Positions 19,425-29,599 of a DNA stretch of 64,000 bases are shown here, piece by piece. The notes below the pieces were generated by a model, which saw only the letters and a program-made list of their open reading frames with translations, had not been told where the DNA came from and did no database searches. Numbering within the stretch: position 1 is the first letter of the stretch; every line of letters begins with the position of its first letter. Source of the stretch: a virus; IMG/VR virus record IMGVR_UViG_3300019487_000025. One strand, 5' to 3'. A program made the translations under genes and the position numbers.

Positions 19425-19699
19425 ATGAGTGAAGAGCCAGTAAATCCATATTATTTCTATGATGAATTTTCAAGAGAGGACTTGAAAGAAGCATTGGTGA
19501 AAAGAGTATTTGAATTTGATAGTTATATAAGATGGGCAGAGCGATCTTTGGAAGAAGTTAAATACATCCAAATGGTATTGAGAATGAGGAAAAAATGAGT
19601 ATGTGCAACAAATGTGTATGGAACCATGATAATAAAAAAGATGTATTAATGCCAAATCATTGTAAATGCGAATGTCATACATTCAGGGGGGTTTAAATA

Positions 19700-20405
19700 A
19701 TGCATTATACATGTCCAAAACCAGATTGTTCTTTTACAAGTAATGAGAATGACAATATACGAGAAATATTAGAACATGAAAAAACTCATCCAAAAGAAGA
19801 AGTTATTACAATAAATCCAATTACCACAGAAACATGTAAATTTTGTAACGGCAAAGGTTACGTAGAAGTGAATATTAGATGTATTCAAAACCCATAGAAG
19901 GTGAAACAAATCTCACCTATATAATGGCACTTCAAAGAGAAATCAATGACTATACTGGATTATTAGAAGCAATAGAAAACTCACCAGTAAAAGAATATGT
20001 AAAAAGAGTTCCAGATTTTTTTATGTGTTATGAAAGCATAAAGGCGGGAATAGAATCAAGAAAAAAGAGATTAGAGCAAGTAGTAAGAGAAGACACATGT
20101 ATATTCTGTGGGGATTTAACAATAATTTGGTATGAAGAGAAGTATAAAGGTTATATGGGTCGGTGTGATAGATGTGAGAGTAATTGGAGGGAATCCTAAT
20201 GTTTGGGTTTGATAAGAAAAAAACTACAAAGAAGAAAATAACTAAGGAAGTAAAAAAAGGTGTAGAAAAGGGCAGAACACCAATTAAAGGGATTGTGAGG
20301 TGCGAATGTCCAAAACACAAATGTAGTGGATTTTCTAGATTTAGGGATTATTTATGTAATAATTGTTATGAAAAGGTTAAATGTAATAAAGAACAGGTAA
20401 TATAA
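19700..20405 (+). other. Three coupled zinc-finger ORFs (19700..19897, 19879..20199, 20184..20405)
   Basis: C2H2-like CPKPDC...HEKTH plus CxxC pairs. Confidence 0.55.
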
Positions 20406-20406
20406 T

Positions 20407-20853
20407 ATGGGACAAGTGGGAGCAGGAAGAATAGACAGACAGGAAAAATGTGTAGTTTGCCAAAAAACATTTGAAGAGGATGAATTAATCTTAACACCGT
20501 ATAATTTAACAAATACAGTTGAATTAATGTGCGGATCTTGTTCAAAAACACAAACTGTAGAAAGCGTTGAAGAAGTTCTAATAAAAACAGAAATAACAGA
20601 AGATAAAATAGACGTAACTACAGCAAAAAAACCAAACAAAATGAAGGAAGCAGTTAACGACACGAAAAAAGAAGTAAAAGCAAAGTCAACGTGTGCCTGT
20701 GCTAAATTTCCTTTATGTAAAGCCGTTAGAGCAATTCAGGCATTTGATGAGTTTTCTAATTCTGAGATACGAGCATATTTTATAAGTGCATATGGAGATT
20801 ATTATAAAATAGACTTTTGCCCGTTTTGTGGAAGTGGACTGTATAAACAATGA
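20407..20853 (+). CDS. Multi-zinc-finger protein
   Basis: CVVC, CGSC, CAC...C, CPFCG. Confidence 0.6.
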   Translation: MGQVGAGRIDRQEKCVVCQKTFEEDELILTPYNLTNTVELMCGSCSKTQTVESVEEVLIKTEITEDKIDVTTAKKPNKMKEAVNDTKKEVKAKSTCACAKFPLCKAVRAIQAFDEFSNSEIRAYFISAYGDYYKIDFCPFCGSGLYKQ

Positions 20854-21242
20854 AAGCAACAAACAAACAAAAACAAAAAATGAGAGAATATAATAAACTT
20901 CATGTTGATATAATTAATGCTCGTGCAAGAGAATGGAATAAAAATAATAAAGAAAGAAGAAATGAGCATAGTAGAAGATTTAGAAAAAATCATCCGGGTT
21001 ATTTTACAGGAAAAACAATTAGAGTAGGAAAAAAAAGAATTTATTTAGGTTACAACCCAAGAAAAGGAATATGTGGTGATTGTGGAAAAACCAACGCAAA
21101 AACAGTTCTTCATCATCTCAAATATGATTTAAAAAATCCCTTAGCACATACATTTGAATTATGTATTGGATGTCATGCAAGACAGCACAGATTAATGAAA
21201 TATAAAGGAAAGAGATCTGATCGTTTATATATATCAAGATAG
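20850..21242 (+). CDS. HNH endonuclease-like protein
   Basis: CGDCG...VLHHLKY...ELCIGCHARQH with basic N-terminal helix. Confidence 0.7.
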   Translation: MKATNKQKQKMREYNKLHVDIINARAREWNKNNKERRNEHSRRFRKNHPGYFTGKTIRVGKKRIYLGYNPRKGICGDCGKTNAKTVLHHLKYDLKNPLAHTFELCIGCHARQHRLMKYKGKRSDRLYISR

Positions 21243-21531
21243 TGAAAGCTTATATAAGCAATAGAGGTATTGGAGATATGCCTTATGACATGAGATGCCC
21301 CATGTGTGGAAGTTATGGAATTAAAGACATTTGTAATAGCTGTGGATTACCATTTTGTATAAACCATATTTTTAGACACAGAAACTGTAAAGAGGGACGA
21401 TAATGAATCAATGTATAAAATATCCAGATGATTGTAGCGGTAAAGTCATATATGATGATATAGAAGATAAATGGTATTGTACGAAACATTTTTATACTCT
21501 GGAGCACTTAAAAGAAACAGGTAGAAAATAA

Positions 21532-21816
21532 ATGGTAATAGCAGAACCTTGGTATCCGGGAATTCCATGGAAACAACCGTGGACAACACCACAACCATAT
21601 CCAGAAGTTTGTCCCATTGTCACTGGAACATATACAGTTGAAAGAATAAAGGAAGTGGAAAAAAAGTGGAAAGAGAAACACATCAAAAATGTAAAGAAAG
21701 GAATCTTTATTACATTTGAAGGAGATGAAGAACCTCTTTTCATTGCAACAGATGACGCATGTTTTCAGAAGATAATGGATGCAATAAAAGACGAAAAGAC
21801 AAGTAAAAAACCTTAA
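21532..21816 (+). CDS. Hypothetical protein with Pro/Trp-rich N-terminus
   Basis: ORF track. Confidence 0.55.
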   Translation: MVIAEPWYPGIPWKQPWTTPQPYPEVCPIVTGTYTVERIKEVEKKWKEKHIKNVKKGIFITFEGDEEPLFIATDDACFQKIMDAIKDEKTSKKP

Positions 21817-21839
21817 ATAGTTATATACTACAAAGTAGT
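21816..21839 (+). promoter_or_regulatory. Second repeated promoter motif with inverted repeat
   Basis: aatagttatatactacaaagtagt; 22/24 identical to 27061..27084. Confidence 0.55.
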
Positions 21840-22180
21840 AAGATAATTGGTATACATGCACTGTATGAAATGCGGGTCTTTACTCGATAGCATAAGTGAT
21901 GAGCAAATGGTCGGCAGACATATAACTTTGTGTCCAAGGGATGCACTTTACGAAAAAAACATTCCGGAAGAAACAAAGGAAGAGGAAGATTTCTAGAGAA
22001 ATAATCGGTTTTTCTAGAATGTTTATATTGTGAAATATCCACCTTAGAGTATGAAAATACTAAATAGTGGAGAGCATTTCGTAGTAAAGACTGTCGATGG
22101 AGAAGGGCTAGAGTATGAAACAACAAACAATTTATTAACCCCTTTCAAGTTAATTAAAACATTATCAAAGAAAGAGGTTA

Positions 22181-22435
22181 ATGAGTATGAAACTACATGC
22201 TAGAATACTGGAATATTTAATGATTGTGGGAATCGCTTATGGCACATACGCGATCATATTATCACCTATATTTTATTTTGGTTCTGTTGGAATGTCATTA
22301 GAACAAATCAAAGAGTGGCTTTGGCAAGGATTATTAGTTGATTTGTGCATTGCATATCCAGTTGGTAAGTTAACTATTAAGATAAGAAAAAAATACAAGG
22401 GGTTGTTTGATGGAAAACAAATGTTATTTTTGTGA
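22181..22435 (+). CDS. Membrane protein
   Basis: Two hydrophobic segments. Confidence 0.55.
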   Translation: MSMKLHARILEYLMIVGIAYGTYAIILSPIFYFGSVGMSLEQIKEWLWQGLLVDLCIAYPVGKLTIKIRKKYKGLFDGKQMLFL

Positions 22436-22613
22436 TTCTACAGATACAACGTATTGTTCAGTATGTGGTCATTATTTTTGTGATAACTGTAGAAAAAACA
22501 AATCTAAAAGAATAGTTGCTATGGCTAAAGAATGGTGTAAAAAGATGGGTTGGGGCGAATTTTTGACTCCAGAAGAAGTAGAAGAACGAAAGAAAAAAGA
22601 AAGCAATCATTAA
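22407..22613 (+). CDS. Zinc-finger protein (CYFC...CSVCGHYFCDNC)
   Basis: Treble-clef-like Cys pattern. Confidence 0.6.
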   Translation: MMENKCYFCDSTDTTYCSVCGHYFCDNCRKNKSKRIVAMAKEWCKKMGWGEFLTPEEVEERKKKESNH

Positions 22614-22642
22614 TATATGGGAAATGACGAATTAAACCAAGT

Positions 22643-23047
22643 ATGGCAAAAGATATAAAAGCTGGTGGTTACGTAACAAAAGATTCTGGAAAAAGGGAAA
22701 ACCACAAATCAGGTGCTGTACGTGATATCAGATTTGGCAAAGGTAGATATGATTTAATTTCACCATTAGCCACAAAGCGAAGAGCTGGTGTTTATGAAAG
22801 AGGTGCATTAAAATATGAGGATAGAAATTGGGAAAAAGGAATGAAGCTAAGTCGATATCTTGATTCTGCAAAAAGACATTTGGATCAATATCAAGAAGGA
22901 TTGAGAGATGAAGATCATTTGGCACAAGCAGGATGGAATATAGATGCTATGATGCACACGGAAGAAATGATTAAACGTGGGTTTTTACCAAAAGAATTAG
23001 ATGATTTACCAAGATATGTAAAAAAGCAAAAAAATGAGGCGAAATAG
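22643..23047 (+). CDS. dATP/dGTP diphosphohydrolase domain protein (DUF5664-like)
   Basis: SGAVRD...GKGRYDLI...GALKYEDRNWEKG...YLDSAKRHL...EDHLAQAGWN. Confidence 0.85.
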   Translation: MAKDIKAGGYVTKDSGKRENHKSGAVRDIRFGKGRYDLISPLATKRRAGVYERGALKYEDRNWEKGMKLSRYLDSAKRHLDQYQEGLRDEDHLAQAGWNIDAMMHTEEMIKRGFLPKELDDLPRYVKKQKNEAK

Positions 23048-23518
23048 TTATAAAGGTTATATTTAAGGTGATCGTATGTTACTTGATATGAATCTAACTG
23101 TGGAAACTGCTAAAATGGCATATAACTGGTTTCATCACGCTTTTCCAAATTACAAATATAATCGATATTGTAGTGAAGAAGATATAAGATTACGGGATGA
23201 ATTGGAACAATGGCTGATAAAACAAGGAGAGTAAATGATCCTCATGTTGAGATTGAGGTAAAAATGTTACAATTAAAATTAGAACAAATAGATTTACTTG
23301 AAAGACTAAAGAGAAATAAAAAAGAGTTTGATAAATTGTTTAAAAAATTATTGGCAATCAACAAGGGATTTAAAAATGAATAAGACTGAAAAATCTCAAA
23401 AGAAATGCATATTTTGTGGAGTACCACTAACCAAAAAAGAAAGCGGTGTATGTAAATTCTGTAGTAAATACAATTAACGATAAATTAATATACCCCTTTA
23501 TTCTTAGTTAATATTAGA

Positions 23519-23785
23519 ATGGCAGAGCAACAAGAAAAGCCAAAATACAATTCCAAGTTTACAGAAATTAAACGTTGGAAGAGTTCTGAAGCCCAAGACA
23601 AAGAGCTTGTCTTTAGCCTCATTACTGATCTCGATACAGGAAAGAAAAAGTTCTTTCTAAACGAGCAAGGTAAAACGAAGGCTGGAGAGAAGTACAGCAA
23701 AAAAGGCACAGTTATCCCAGTCGCATTAGCTTCTGAGGTAGCCGACTCTTTAAGAATTGCGAGTGCTACAGAGGTGACTGGGTAA
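23519..23785 (+). CDS. Possible PC4/PUR-like single-stranded nucleic-acid-binding protein
   Basis: Beta-rich small protein ending KKGTVIPVALASEVADSL; standalone transcription unit. Confidence 0.4.
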   Translation: MAEQQEKPKYNSKFTEIKRWKSSEAQDKELVFSLITDLDTGKKKFFLNEQGKTKAGEKYSKKGTVIPVALASEVADSLRIASATEVTG

Positions 23786-23806
23786 AACCCAGTATTTCTT
23801 TTTTTT
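23777..23806 (+). terminator. Hairpin plus T-run terminator
   Basis: ACTGGGT-AAA-ACCCAGT followed by atttctttttttt. Confidence 0.7.
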
Positions 23807-24039
23807 ATGGTGATGATATGAAATATAGATATTCAGTTCGATTTATTAACAAAAACGGGGATTGGCAGGAAGAAGATGCATTTGAAACATATAATGAAGC
23901 CAATGAAATAAAAGATAAAGTAATGGCAAGAGAGAATAGAGAAACCAAAGTTATAGATTTAGAGAAACAAGAGGATACGTATTACTAATGACAACATCAG
24001 CAATTATCGCAATAACAGAAGATTTGGATAAGATAGATA

Positions 24040-24429
24040 ATGATTGAACCAGTTTTTATAATGACGATATGTTCGTTAACACTAATGTCGCCATATTATG
24101 ACTGTTCTAGTGAAGTGACGATTCAAATATATGAAGATAGACTTCCAGATACTAAAGCAATAGGAATCACTGAATGGACACGCAATCCATTTTTGGGTAA
24201 AGGAATCATATCTTTGGCTGGTGATTATAAAGAACGCAGAGGTACACATGATCACTTTTTAAAGGGAGGAGGTGTTTTATGGCATGAAATATTACATATA
24301 AAGTGTAAATGTGATTGGCATGCACATTGGGATACACTAAAACAAATCAGCGATGATAATAAATCTCATATTAGAGTACCACCTATACCACAAGAAGTTT
24401 TACCATATTTGGTTATTAAGGGAAAATGA
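24040..24429 (+). CDS. Putative zinc metallopeptidase (HExxH)
   Basis: GVLWHEILHIKC; hydrophobic N-terminus. Confidence 0.55.
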   Translation: MIEPVFIMTICSLTLMSPYYDCSSEVTIQIYEDRLPDTKAIGITEWTRNPFLGKGIISLAGDYKERRGTHDHFLKGGGVLWHEILHIKCKCDWHAHWDTLKQISDDNKSHIRVPPIPQEVLPYLVIKGK

Positions 24430-24839
24430 AGATATCTATAGTAGGTTCAAGTCATTTATCAGAAGGAGAATCAATAACTGCCAGACAATTTGCTAGTGCC
24501 GTATTAAATAATTATATTAGAGATTTTGGAAAAGACAATTTAATTTTCATATCTGGAGGAGCCAAAGGAGTTGATACTGAAGCAGAGGACGTGGCAAACC
24601 AATTAGGAATAAAATGTGAAATACATAAACCATTAGTAAATGATTGGGAGAAAGGATATAAACCACGTAATCTGAAAATTGCTCAAAACTGTGATGTAAT
24701 TTATTGTTTTCCAACCAAAATAAAAACAACCCCATGTTACCATTGTGATACAAATGATCATGAAGTAACAGGGGGATGCTGGACACTAAAGCAAGCTAAA
24801 CTACTTAAAAAGCAGGTACATCTAGTACCGTTGATCTAA
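24426..24839 (+). CDS. SLOG-superfamily protein (YspA/DprA-like)
   Basis: KISIVGSS, ISGGAKGVDTEAE, RNLKIAQNCD, GGCWTLKQAK. Confidence 0.8.
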   Translation: MKISIVGSSHLSEGESITARQFASAVLNNYIRDFGKDNLIFISGGAKGVDTEAEDVANQLGIKCEIHKPLVNDWEKGYKPRNLKIAQNCDVIYCFPTKIKTTPCYHCDTNDHEVTGGCWTLKQAKLLKKQVHLVPLI

Positions 24840-24872
24840 CAGAGCGTTTATATAATGGAGACAATTAAGTGA

Positions 24873-25790
24873 TTGCGAATGGGGCAAACAATCGAACAAT
24901 TAAAAGATCTGAATAAGAAGCAACAAGAACGAATAGAAACACTAACAAAACAAAATGTTGAATTAAAGTCAGGTCGTTCAACTTCATCAAAGTCGTTTGT
25001 AATATTTAGTGATATACACGACGGTTCGAAATACGCTGTATGTTCAGATGAACCAGTGTTGGATAATGGTGGTAGTTATAAACCATCAAAAATGCAAAGA
25101 AAATTACTAGCATCATGGTATGAATCAATAGATGCATTGATAACAAAACCGAAGATATTAATAATTAACGGCGAACCTGTTGATGGAAGCAATCCACGAA
25201 GTTTAGGTGATTCAGTTTGGTCTACAAATTATCTTGATCAAATAGTGGATGTTGAAAAACTGATCAAGTTAATACCACACGAAAAAATATATCTAATTAG
25301 TGGATCACCATATCATGTAACAAGAGAAGCAACAAACTTTGAAAAGATATTTGGGAAGAAGATAGGAGCTGAACAGTACACAAGTGTTATAGGTAATGAA
25401 ACAATGGCTGACTTTGAAGCTACATTCGAGGCATTTGGTAAACACTTACACTTTACGCATCATGTGGGTTATTCCGGATGGTGGATGTATAGACCAACAC
25501 CGATAGCAAGAGAACTAGTAAAGATGCACTTCCAGCATAGAGAAAATGGATTTCATACTGATTTGTTAGTTAGAAGCCATGTTCATTATTATGTTGAAGT
25601 AAGATTTCCAAACACGATAGGATTGTCAACACCAGCATGGAAGTTTCCAGACGGATTTTTATATAAACAAGGAGAACCAGAAATGCCAACCGTTGGCAAT
25701 ATTGAAGTTATTGTGGAATCTAATGGTAAAATCATAGTTGAACCACATTTGGCACCAATAAAATGGGAAAAACCGGTGATACATATTTGA
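24873..25790 (+). CDS. Calcineurin-like metallophosphoesterase with N-terminal coiled coil
   Basis: FSDIHDGS, NGEPVDG, GSPYH, THH, RSHVH. Confidence 0.8.
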   Translation: MRMGQTIEQLKDLNKKQQERIETLTKQNVELKSGRSTSSKSFVIFSDIHDGSKYAVCSDEPVLDNGGSYKPSKMQRKLLASWYESIDALITKPKILIINGEPVDGSNPRSLGDSVWSTNYLDQIVDVEKLIKLIPHEKIYLISGSPYHVTREATNFEKIFGKKIGAEQYTSVIGNETMADFEATFEAFGKHLHFTHHVGYSGWWMYRPTPIARELVKMHFQHRENGFHTDLLVRSHVHYYVEVRFPNTIGLSTPAWKFPDGFLYKQGEPEMPTVGNIEVIVESNGKIIVEPHLAPIKWEKPVIHI

Positions 25791-26101
25791 AAGAAATAGT
25801 AATTACTCCAGAAGATTTAAAAGAATTAGAAGACGTTCATCATGGATCTTCTGTGAATAATCATCTAGATAGAACATCACTAAAGGTATTTGATTTTGCA
25901 AAACAAAGAAAATTAACAACCGCCATGTTGATAGAAGTAAAATTAGGTATGAACAAAAGAACCGCACATATAGCATTAAGAAAATTAGAGAGGGTAGGGC
26001 TCTTAAAATGTGAAATGATGAACATAAAATCAACTGATGGAGTAGGACATCCAACCTGTGTATATTTTGTGGTAGAAAAAGATGAAAAGAAGAAGAAATG
26101 A
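25787..26101 (+). CDS. Winged-helix DNA-binding protein
   Basis: TTAMLIEVKLGMNKRTAHIALRKLERVGLL plus wing; TTGA overlap start (track 25763). Confidence 0.65.
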   Translation: MKEIVITPEDLKELEDVHHGSSVNNHLDRTSLKVFDFAKQRKLTTAMLIEVKLGMNKRTAHIALRKLERVGLLKCEMMNIKSTDGVGHPTCVYFVVEKDEKKKK

Positions 26102-26198
26102 ATCTAAATAATGTTTTTATTCTGAGTCGTTGTACTATACTATATGAACCTAATTTTCGAAGAGGAAATAGAAAAAATAAACCCAAAGAAAGATCCCT

Positions 26199-26755
26199 AT
26201 GCGGAAGAGGATATTGAAAACTACGAAGAAGAGGAAGAAGATTTCTAATAGAAGGTTTCAAATTAAAACCTTCATATTTGATATGGTAAAGAAAACCGAA
26301 AAGGCAGAAGAAATAGATGAACCAGTCAATGCATTTCTTAAAACTGCTAACGTTAAAAACGAAGAAAGTATTATGATAGATCAAGGAGAAGGTTATGTTA
26401 GAGTGTCAATTATACATAGGGTGAAAATAGATAAAGTGTAAAGGATGCAAACATGAACAATCTATTCATGTGGGTAATAAAAGATGTTACTTTTTAGGTT
26501 GTAAATGTAAAAAGTATATTTAATAACCAATAATCCATATGTTAGTCCATGGCTGGCACTCTAAAAAAGTGTAAGTATTGTAATAGTTATGGTTTAACAA
26601 AAATTGGAGAAGCGGGTCATACAAGATTGTATTTTTGTGCTAAATGTGAACGGCAAACAACACAATATTTGAAAAAACTAGTAAAATGTAAGCATATTTT
26701 TGATGATGATAGATGTTATAAATGTGGATACAAGAAAAAGGAAAAATATACTTAA
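26199..26755 (+). other. Two small ORFs (26199..26441; zinc-ribbon 26549..26755)
   Basis: ORF track; CxxC pairs in the second. Confidence 0.5.
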
Positions 26756-26779
26756 ATTCATATTAAACAATAACTATTC

Positions 26780-27061
26780 ATGCAAGATCAGCTCTTTCTA
26801 ACCATATTCGGAGCAATTTTGACTGCGATATTTGGTGCAATAGGATGGAAAATAAAAACTAGATTAGATAATCAAAAGAGACATTTAGACGATGTTATGG
26901 ATTTGAGAAAAGCAGTTTGGCGATTAAATAAAACGGTTGTCATTATGGCTAAAATATTGGATAGCATGTCAAAGAAAACCCATCCAGAATTAGAATCTGA
27001 ATTAGAAGAGATTGCAAGAGAATTATTAAGTACAAACAATGATTATGAAGAAGACGCCTAA
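26780..27061 (+). CDS. TM plus coiled-coil protein (holin-like context)
   Basis: N-terminal TM followed by coiled coil. Confidence 0.5.
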   Translation: MQDQLFLTIFGAILTAIFGAIGWKIKTRLDNQKRHLDDVMDLRKAVWRLNKTVVIMAKILDSMSKKTHPELESELEEIARELLSTNNDYEEDA

Positions 27062-27084
27062 ATAGATATATACTACTAAGTAGT
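27061..27084 (+). promoter_or_regulatory. Second repeated promoter motif, copy 2
   Basis: aatagatatatactactaagtagt. Confidence 0.55.
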
Positions 27085-27094
27085 TGATTATGAC

Positions 27095-27355
27095 ATGGCA
27101 AGTGTAGTCGATAGAATAACTATCAACAACATACTAGCAAGCATAATTATAGTAACCTACTGTTCTATGTGGGGATTTACACTATATTATGGTATTACTA
27201 ATTCCGTGGAAGAAGGAACAAATCCAGTAATTGGTGTTCTTCAAGCTATGGAGCAGTTAGCTAGCGTAATAGGTACGATGACGATAATTGTGGTTCTAGT
27301 AGTGCAATTTTACTTTAGAACTGCACCAAAGCCAGTCGAAGCACCTACACCATAG
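27095..27355 (+). CDS. Two-TM membrane protein (holin-like)
   Basis: Two hydrophobic helices; start of late region. Confidence 0.5.
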   Translation: MASVVDRITINNILASIIIVTYCSMWGFTLYYGITNSVEEGTNPVIGVLQAMEQLASVIGTMTIIVVLVVQFYFRTAPKPVEAPTP

Positions 27356-27397
27356 AAATAACCAAAAGGTTATAAACTATGGTTTTTATTATTTTTT

Positions 27398-27877
27398 ATG
27401 TCAGAAAAGGATACGAAATTTGAATTGACAGAAATCGGTGCAGAAATTACTGGTGATAAACGAAATAGTTTAACAGATTCTGAGAGAAAACGCAAACTCA
27501 TAGAAGAACTAACAGATAATGTAGAGCAAAAACCTAGAGAACTGCCAAAGATCAAACAACTAGTTGCACAAATACCTGAAAATGGAAAGTTAGGTCAAAA
27601 ATTTACGGTGAAGTTAGGAAAACGATTTGACAGTGTCAATTTGAAAGTATATCAAGGGGAAACAATAGAAGAAGTAGCAGGAAATACAAACATAGTACAC
27701 GATAAAACAGAAAAAAACAAAGATGAGATATCGTATGATTTTTATGATCCAGTTCCAATAAAACAAACTTTTATTAATGGATTACTAGCAGGAAAATATC
27801 TCGTAAAAGTAGAAGCACATGGAAATGAAGCAAATGATCAATTAGAACAAGAACGGGTAATTGATATTAGTGCGTAA
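27398..27877 (+). CDS. Hypothetical protein, possible Ig-like C-terminal domain
   Basis: GKYLVKVEAHG strand pattern. Confidence 0.55.
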   Translation: MSEKDTKFELTEIGAEITGDKRNSLTDSERKRKLIEELTDNVEQKPRELPKIKQLVAQIPENGKLGQKFTVKLGKRFDSVNLKVYQGETIEEVAGNTNIVHDKTEKNKDEISYDFYDPVPIKQTFINGLLAGKYLVKVEAHGNEANDQLEQERVIDISA

Positions 27878-27912
27878 AATAAGCTTATAAGTAAAATTTA
27901 CGAATTTATAAT

Positions 27913-28221
27913 ATGCCCGGAAGAGGTCAACCTTGGAGAGAAGGTGGATTACCTGATTCAACTATAACTACTGCTGAATTAAAAGATTTCACAGTTAGAG
28001 GTGTTGATTTAAGTTTTTTCAAAAGCCCTCCAATACTAATGACTGGAGCACCAGTACCAATTCCACACGGATTAGGTAGGGTTCCAGCAAAGGTAACAGT
28101 AACAATCGTTGATGGACCTCCAGCTTATACACCACCTATGATAGTAGAAGGTGTTCATACAATGACAGACGTTATTGTATCAGGAACAACTGGATGGTTT
28201 GTAGTAGTAGAAGCTACTTAA
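27913..28221 (+). CDS. Putative fibre/decoration protein starting MPGRGQPW
   Basis: IPHGLGRVP motif of fibre beta domains; N-terminus shared with next gene. Confidence 0.6.
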   Translation: MPGRGQPWREGGLPDSTITTAELKDFTVRGVDLSFFKSPPILMTGAPVPIPHGLGRVPAKVTVTIVDGPPAYTPPMIVEGVHTMTDVIVSGTTGWFVVVEAT

Positions 28222-28278
28222 TCAACAATTTTTATTTTTTTTAAATATGTTTAAATACTTTCTATACTATTGTAGGAT

Positions 28279-29076
28279 ATGCCCGGAAGAGGTCAACCTT
28301 GGAAAGTGGGAGGAATACCCGATAATACTGTTACAAGTGCAGATATTAAACAAAGTACTATTAAACTAGAAGATTTATCCCAAGAAGTATTAGATGAACT
28401 TGGTGGTGGAAGTGGAGTTGATGCCGAGCATGTTGTAGATCCTTTTGATAATTATTGGTTTTATGATGAATTTTATTATCCAAATCCGGGTAGTGATTTA
28501 TCAGACCATTTTGAATTAGATTCTTCAAGTACAAACGCTGTAAATAACAGTGTTAGTGGAGTCGTTTCAATAGAAACAAGTGGTCTTGCAGATAATATTG
28601 CAAGAGTAAATCTATGTGGTGCTGGATTAGTAGCAATAGACGCTACAAAGAACTTTAGAGTTGTTTGGAGAATGGCTTTACCAAGCCCAAGCGATGCTGA
28701 ACAGGCTATTAGAGTTGGATTATTTGTTAACACAGGTGCAACTCCGGGTGGAACATTTCCATTTGCAAGTGAACCAACACAAAGATTATGGTTTAAAGCA
28801 GACGGAACAGGAAATTGGTTCACAGAAATTGATGATGGTACAACTGAACAGGATGATGATACAGGTGTAGCACAATCATCTGGAATACACACATTTGAAA
28901 TAAGATCAAATCCATCAACACCAAATATTGAATTTCTAATTGACAATGTAGTTGAAGCAACATATACAACTGATCTACCAACAGGAAATGCAACAGCTTA
29001 TATTGGAATACAAGAATCTGCTTTGAACGCTAAAGCATTATGGATAGATTCATTGTTTATTTACTCTGATAGATAA
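28279..29076 (+). CDS. Putative fibre protein with ConA/LamG-like domain, starting MPGRGQPW
   Basis: TVTSADIK fibre repeat; HTFEIR...IEFLIDNVVEAT lectin-fold pattern. Confidence 0.65.
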   Translation: MPGRGQPWKVGGIPDNTVTSADIKQSTIKLEDLSQEVLDELGGGSGVDAEHVVDPFDNYWFYDEFYYPNPGSDLSDHFELDSSSTNAVNNSVSGVVSIETSGLADNIARVNLCGAGLVAIDATKNFRVVWRMALPSPSDAEQAIRVGLFVNTGATPGGTFPFASEPTQRLWFKADGTGNWFTEIDDGTTEQDDDTGVAQSSGIHTFEIRSNPSTPNIEFLIDNVVEATYTTDLPTGNATAYIGIQESALNAKALWIDSLFIYSDR

Positions 29077-29078
29077 AC

Positions 29079-29468
29079 ATGTTAAAATCTGAATTAGATT
29101 TACTTAAAATAGCATTGAAATTATATTATAGAATAAATGAAATGGATAGACGAGATCTTTATTCTGAATCAGAAGTTAACAGTCTTCTAAGAGAATTAGA
29201 AAGAGTTGATTACATTCCACGGGTGAGGGAAGCACTTGATCATTATTATAAAAGAGTAAATCAATATCCCAATAGAACAGAAATAACAAGTAATATTAAT
29301 AAAATTAGAAGCATATTTCATTCAATAATAAAAAAACATAACATACAAGTTTTAGACAAAGGGAATAATCCAAGAAGTTTAGAAGATATACTTATTAATG
29401 ATGTTGTTTTACTTCAACTATGCCCGGAAGACAAAAAGGTATTAGGCGTTCAAAACAAAGTAGAATAG
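29079..29468 (+). CDS. Hypothetical helical protein
   Basis: ORF track. Confidence 0.6.
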   Translation: MLKSELDLLKIALKLYYRINEMDRRDLYSESEVNSLLRELERVDYIPRVREALDHYYKRVNQYPNRTEITSNINKIRSIFHSIIKKHNIQVLDKGNNPRSLEDILINDVVLLQLCPEDKKVLGVQNKVE

Positions 29469-29563
29469 ATAGATATTATACAGTAACTGATAAAGATCCA
29501 GTAACTGGTTCCCTTCCAAAAGAAGAAGTAAAAGCGGAAGAAAAAAAAGAAGACCAAATCTAA
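29420..29563 (+). CDS. 47-aa peptide starting MPGR
   Basis: Manual translation MPGRQKGIRRSKQSRIDRYYTVTDKDPVTGSLPKEEVKAEEKKEDQI. Confidence 0.5.
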   Translation: MPGRQKGIRRSKQSRIDRYYTVTDKDPVTGSLPKEEVKAEEKKEDQI

Positions 29564-29599
29564 TAAATGCTTATAAATGAAATATGATTATGTTATATC

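Noticed and set aside
18858-23047. Z-base (2-aminoadenine) pathway
   Set aside because: MazG and DUF5664 are present but no PurZ or DatZ-like gene is visible in the window; cannot be excluded for the rest of the genome
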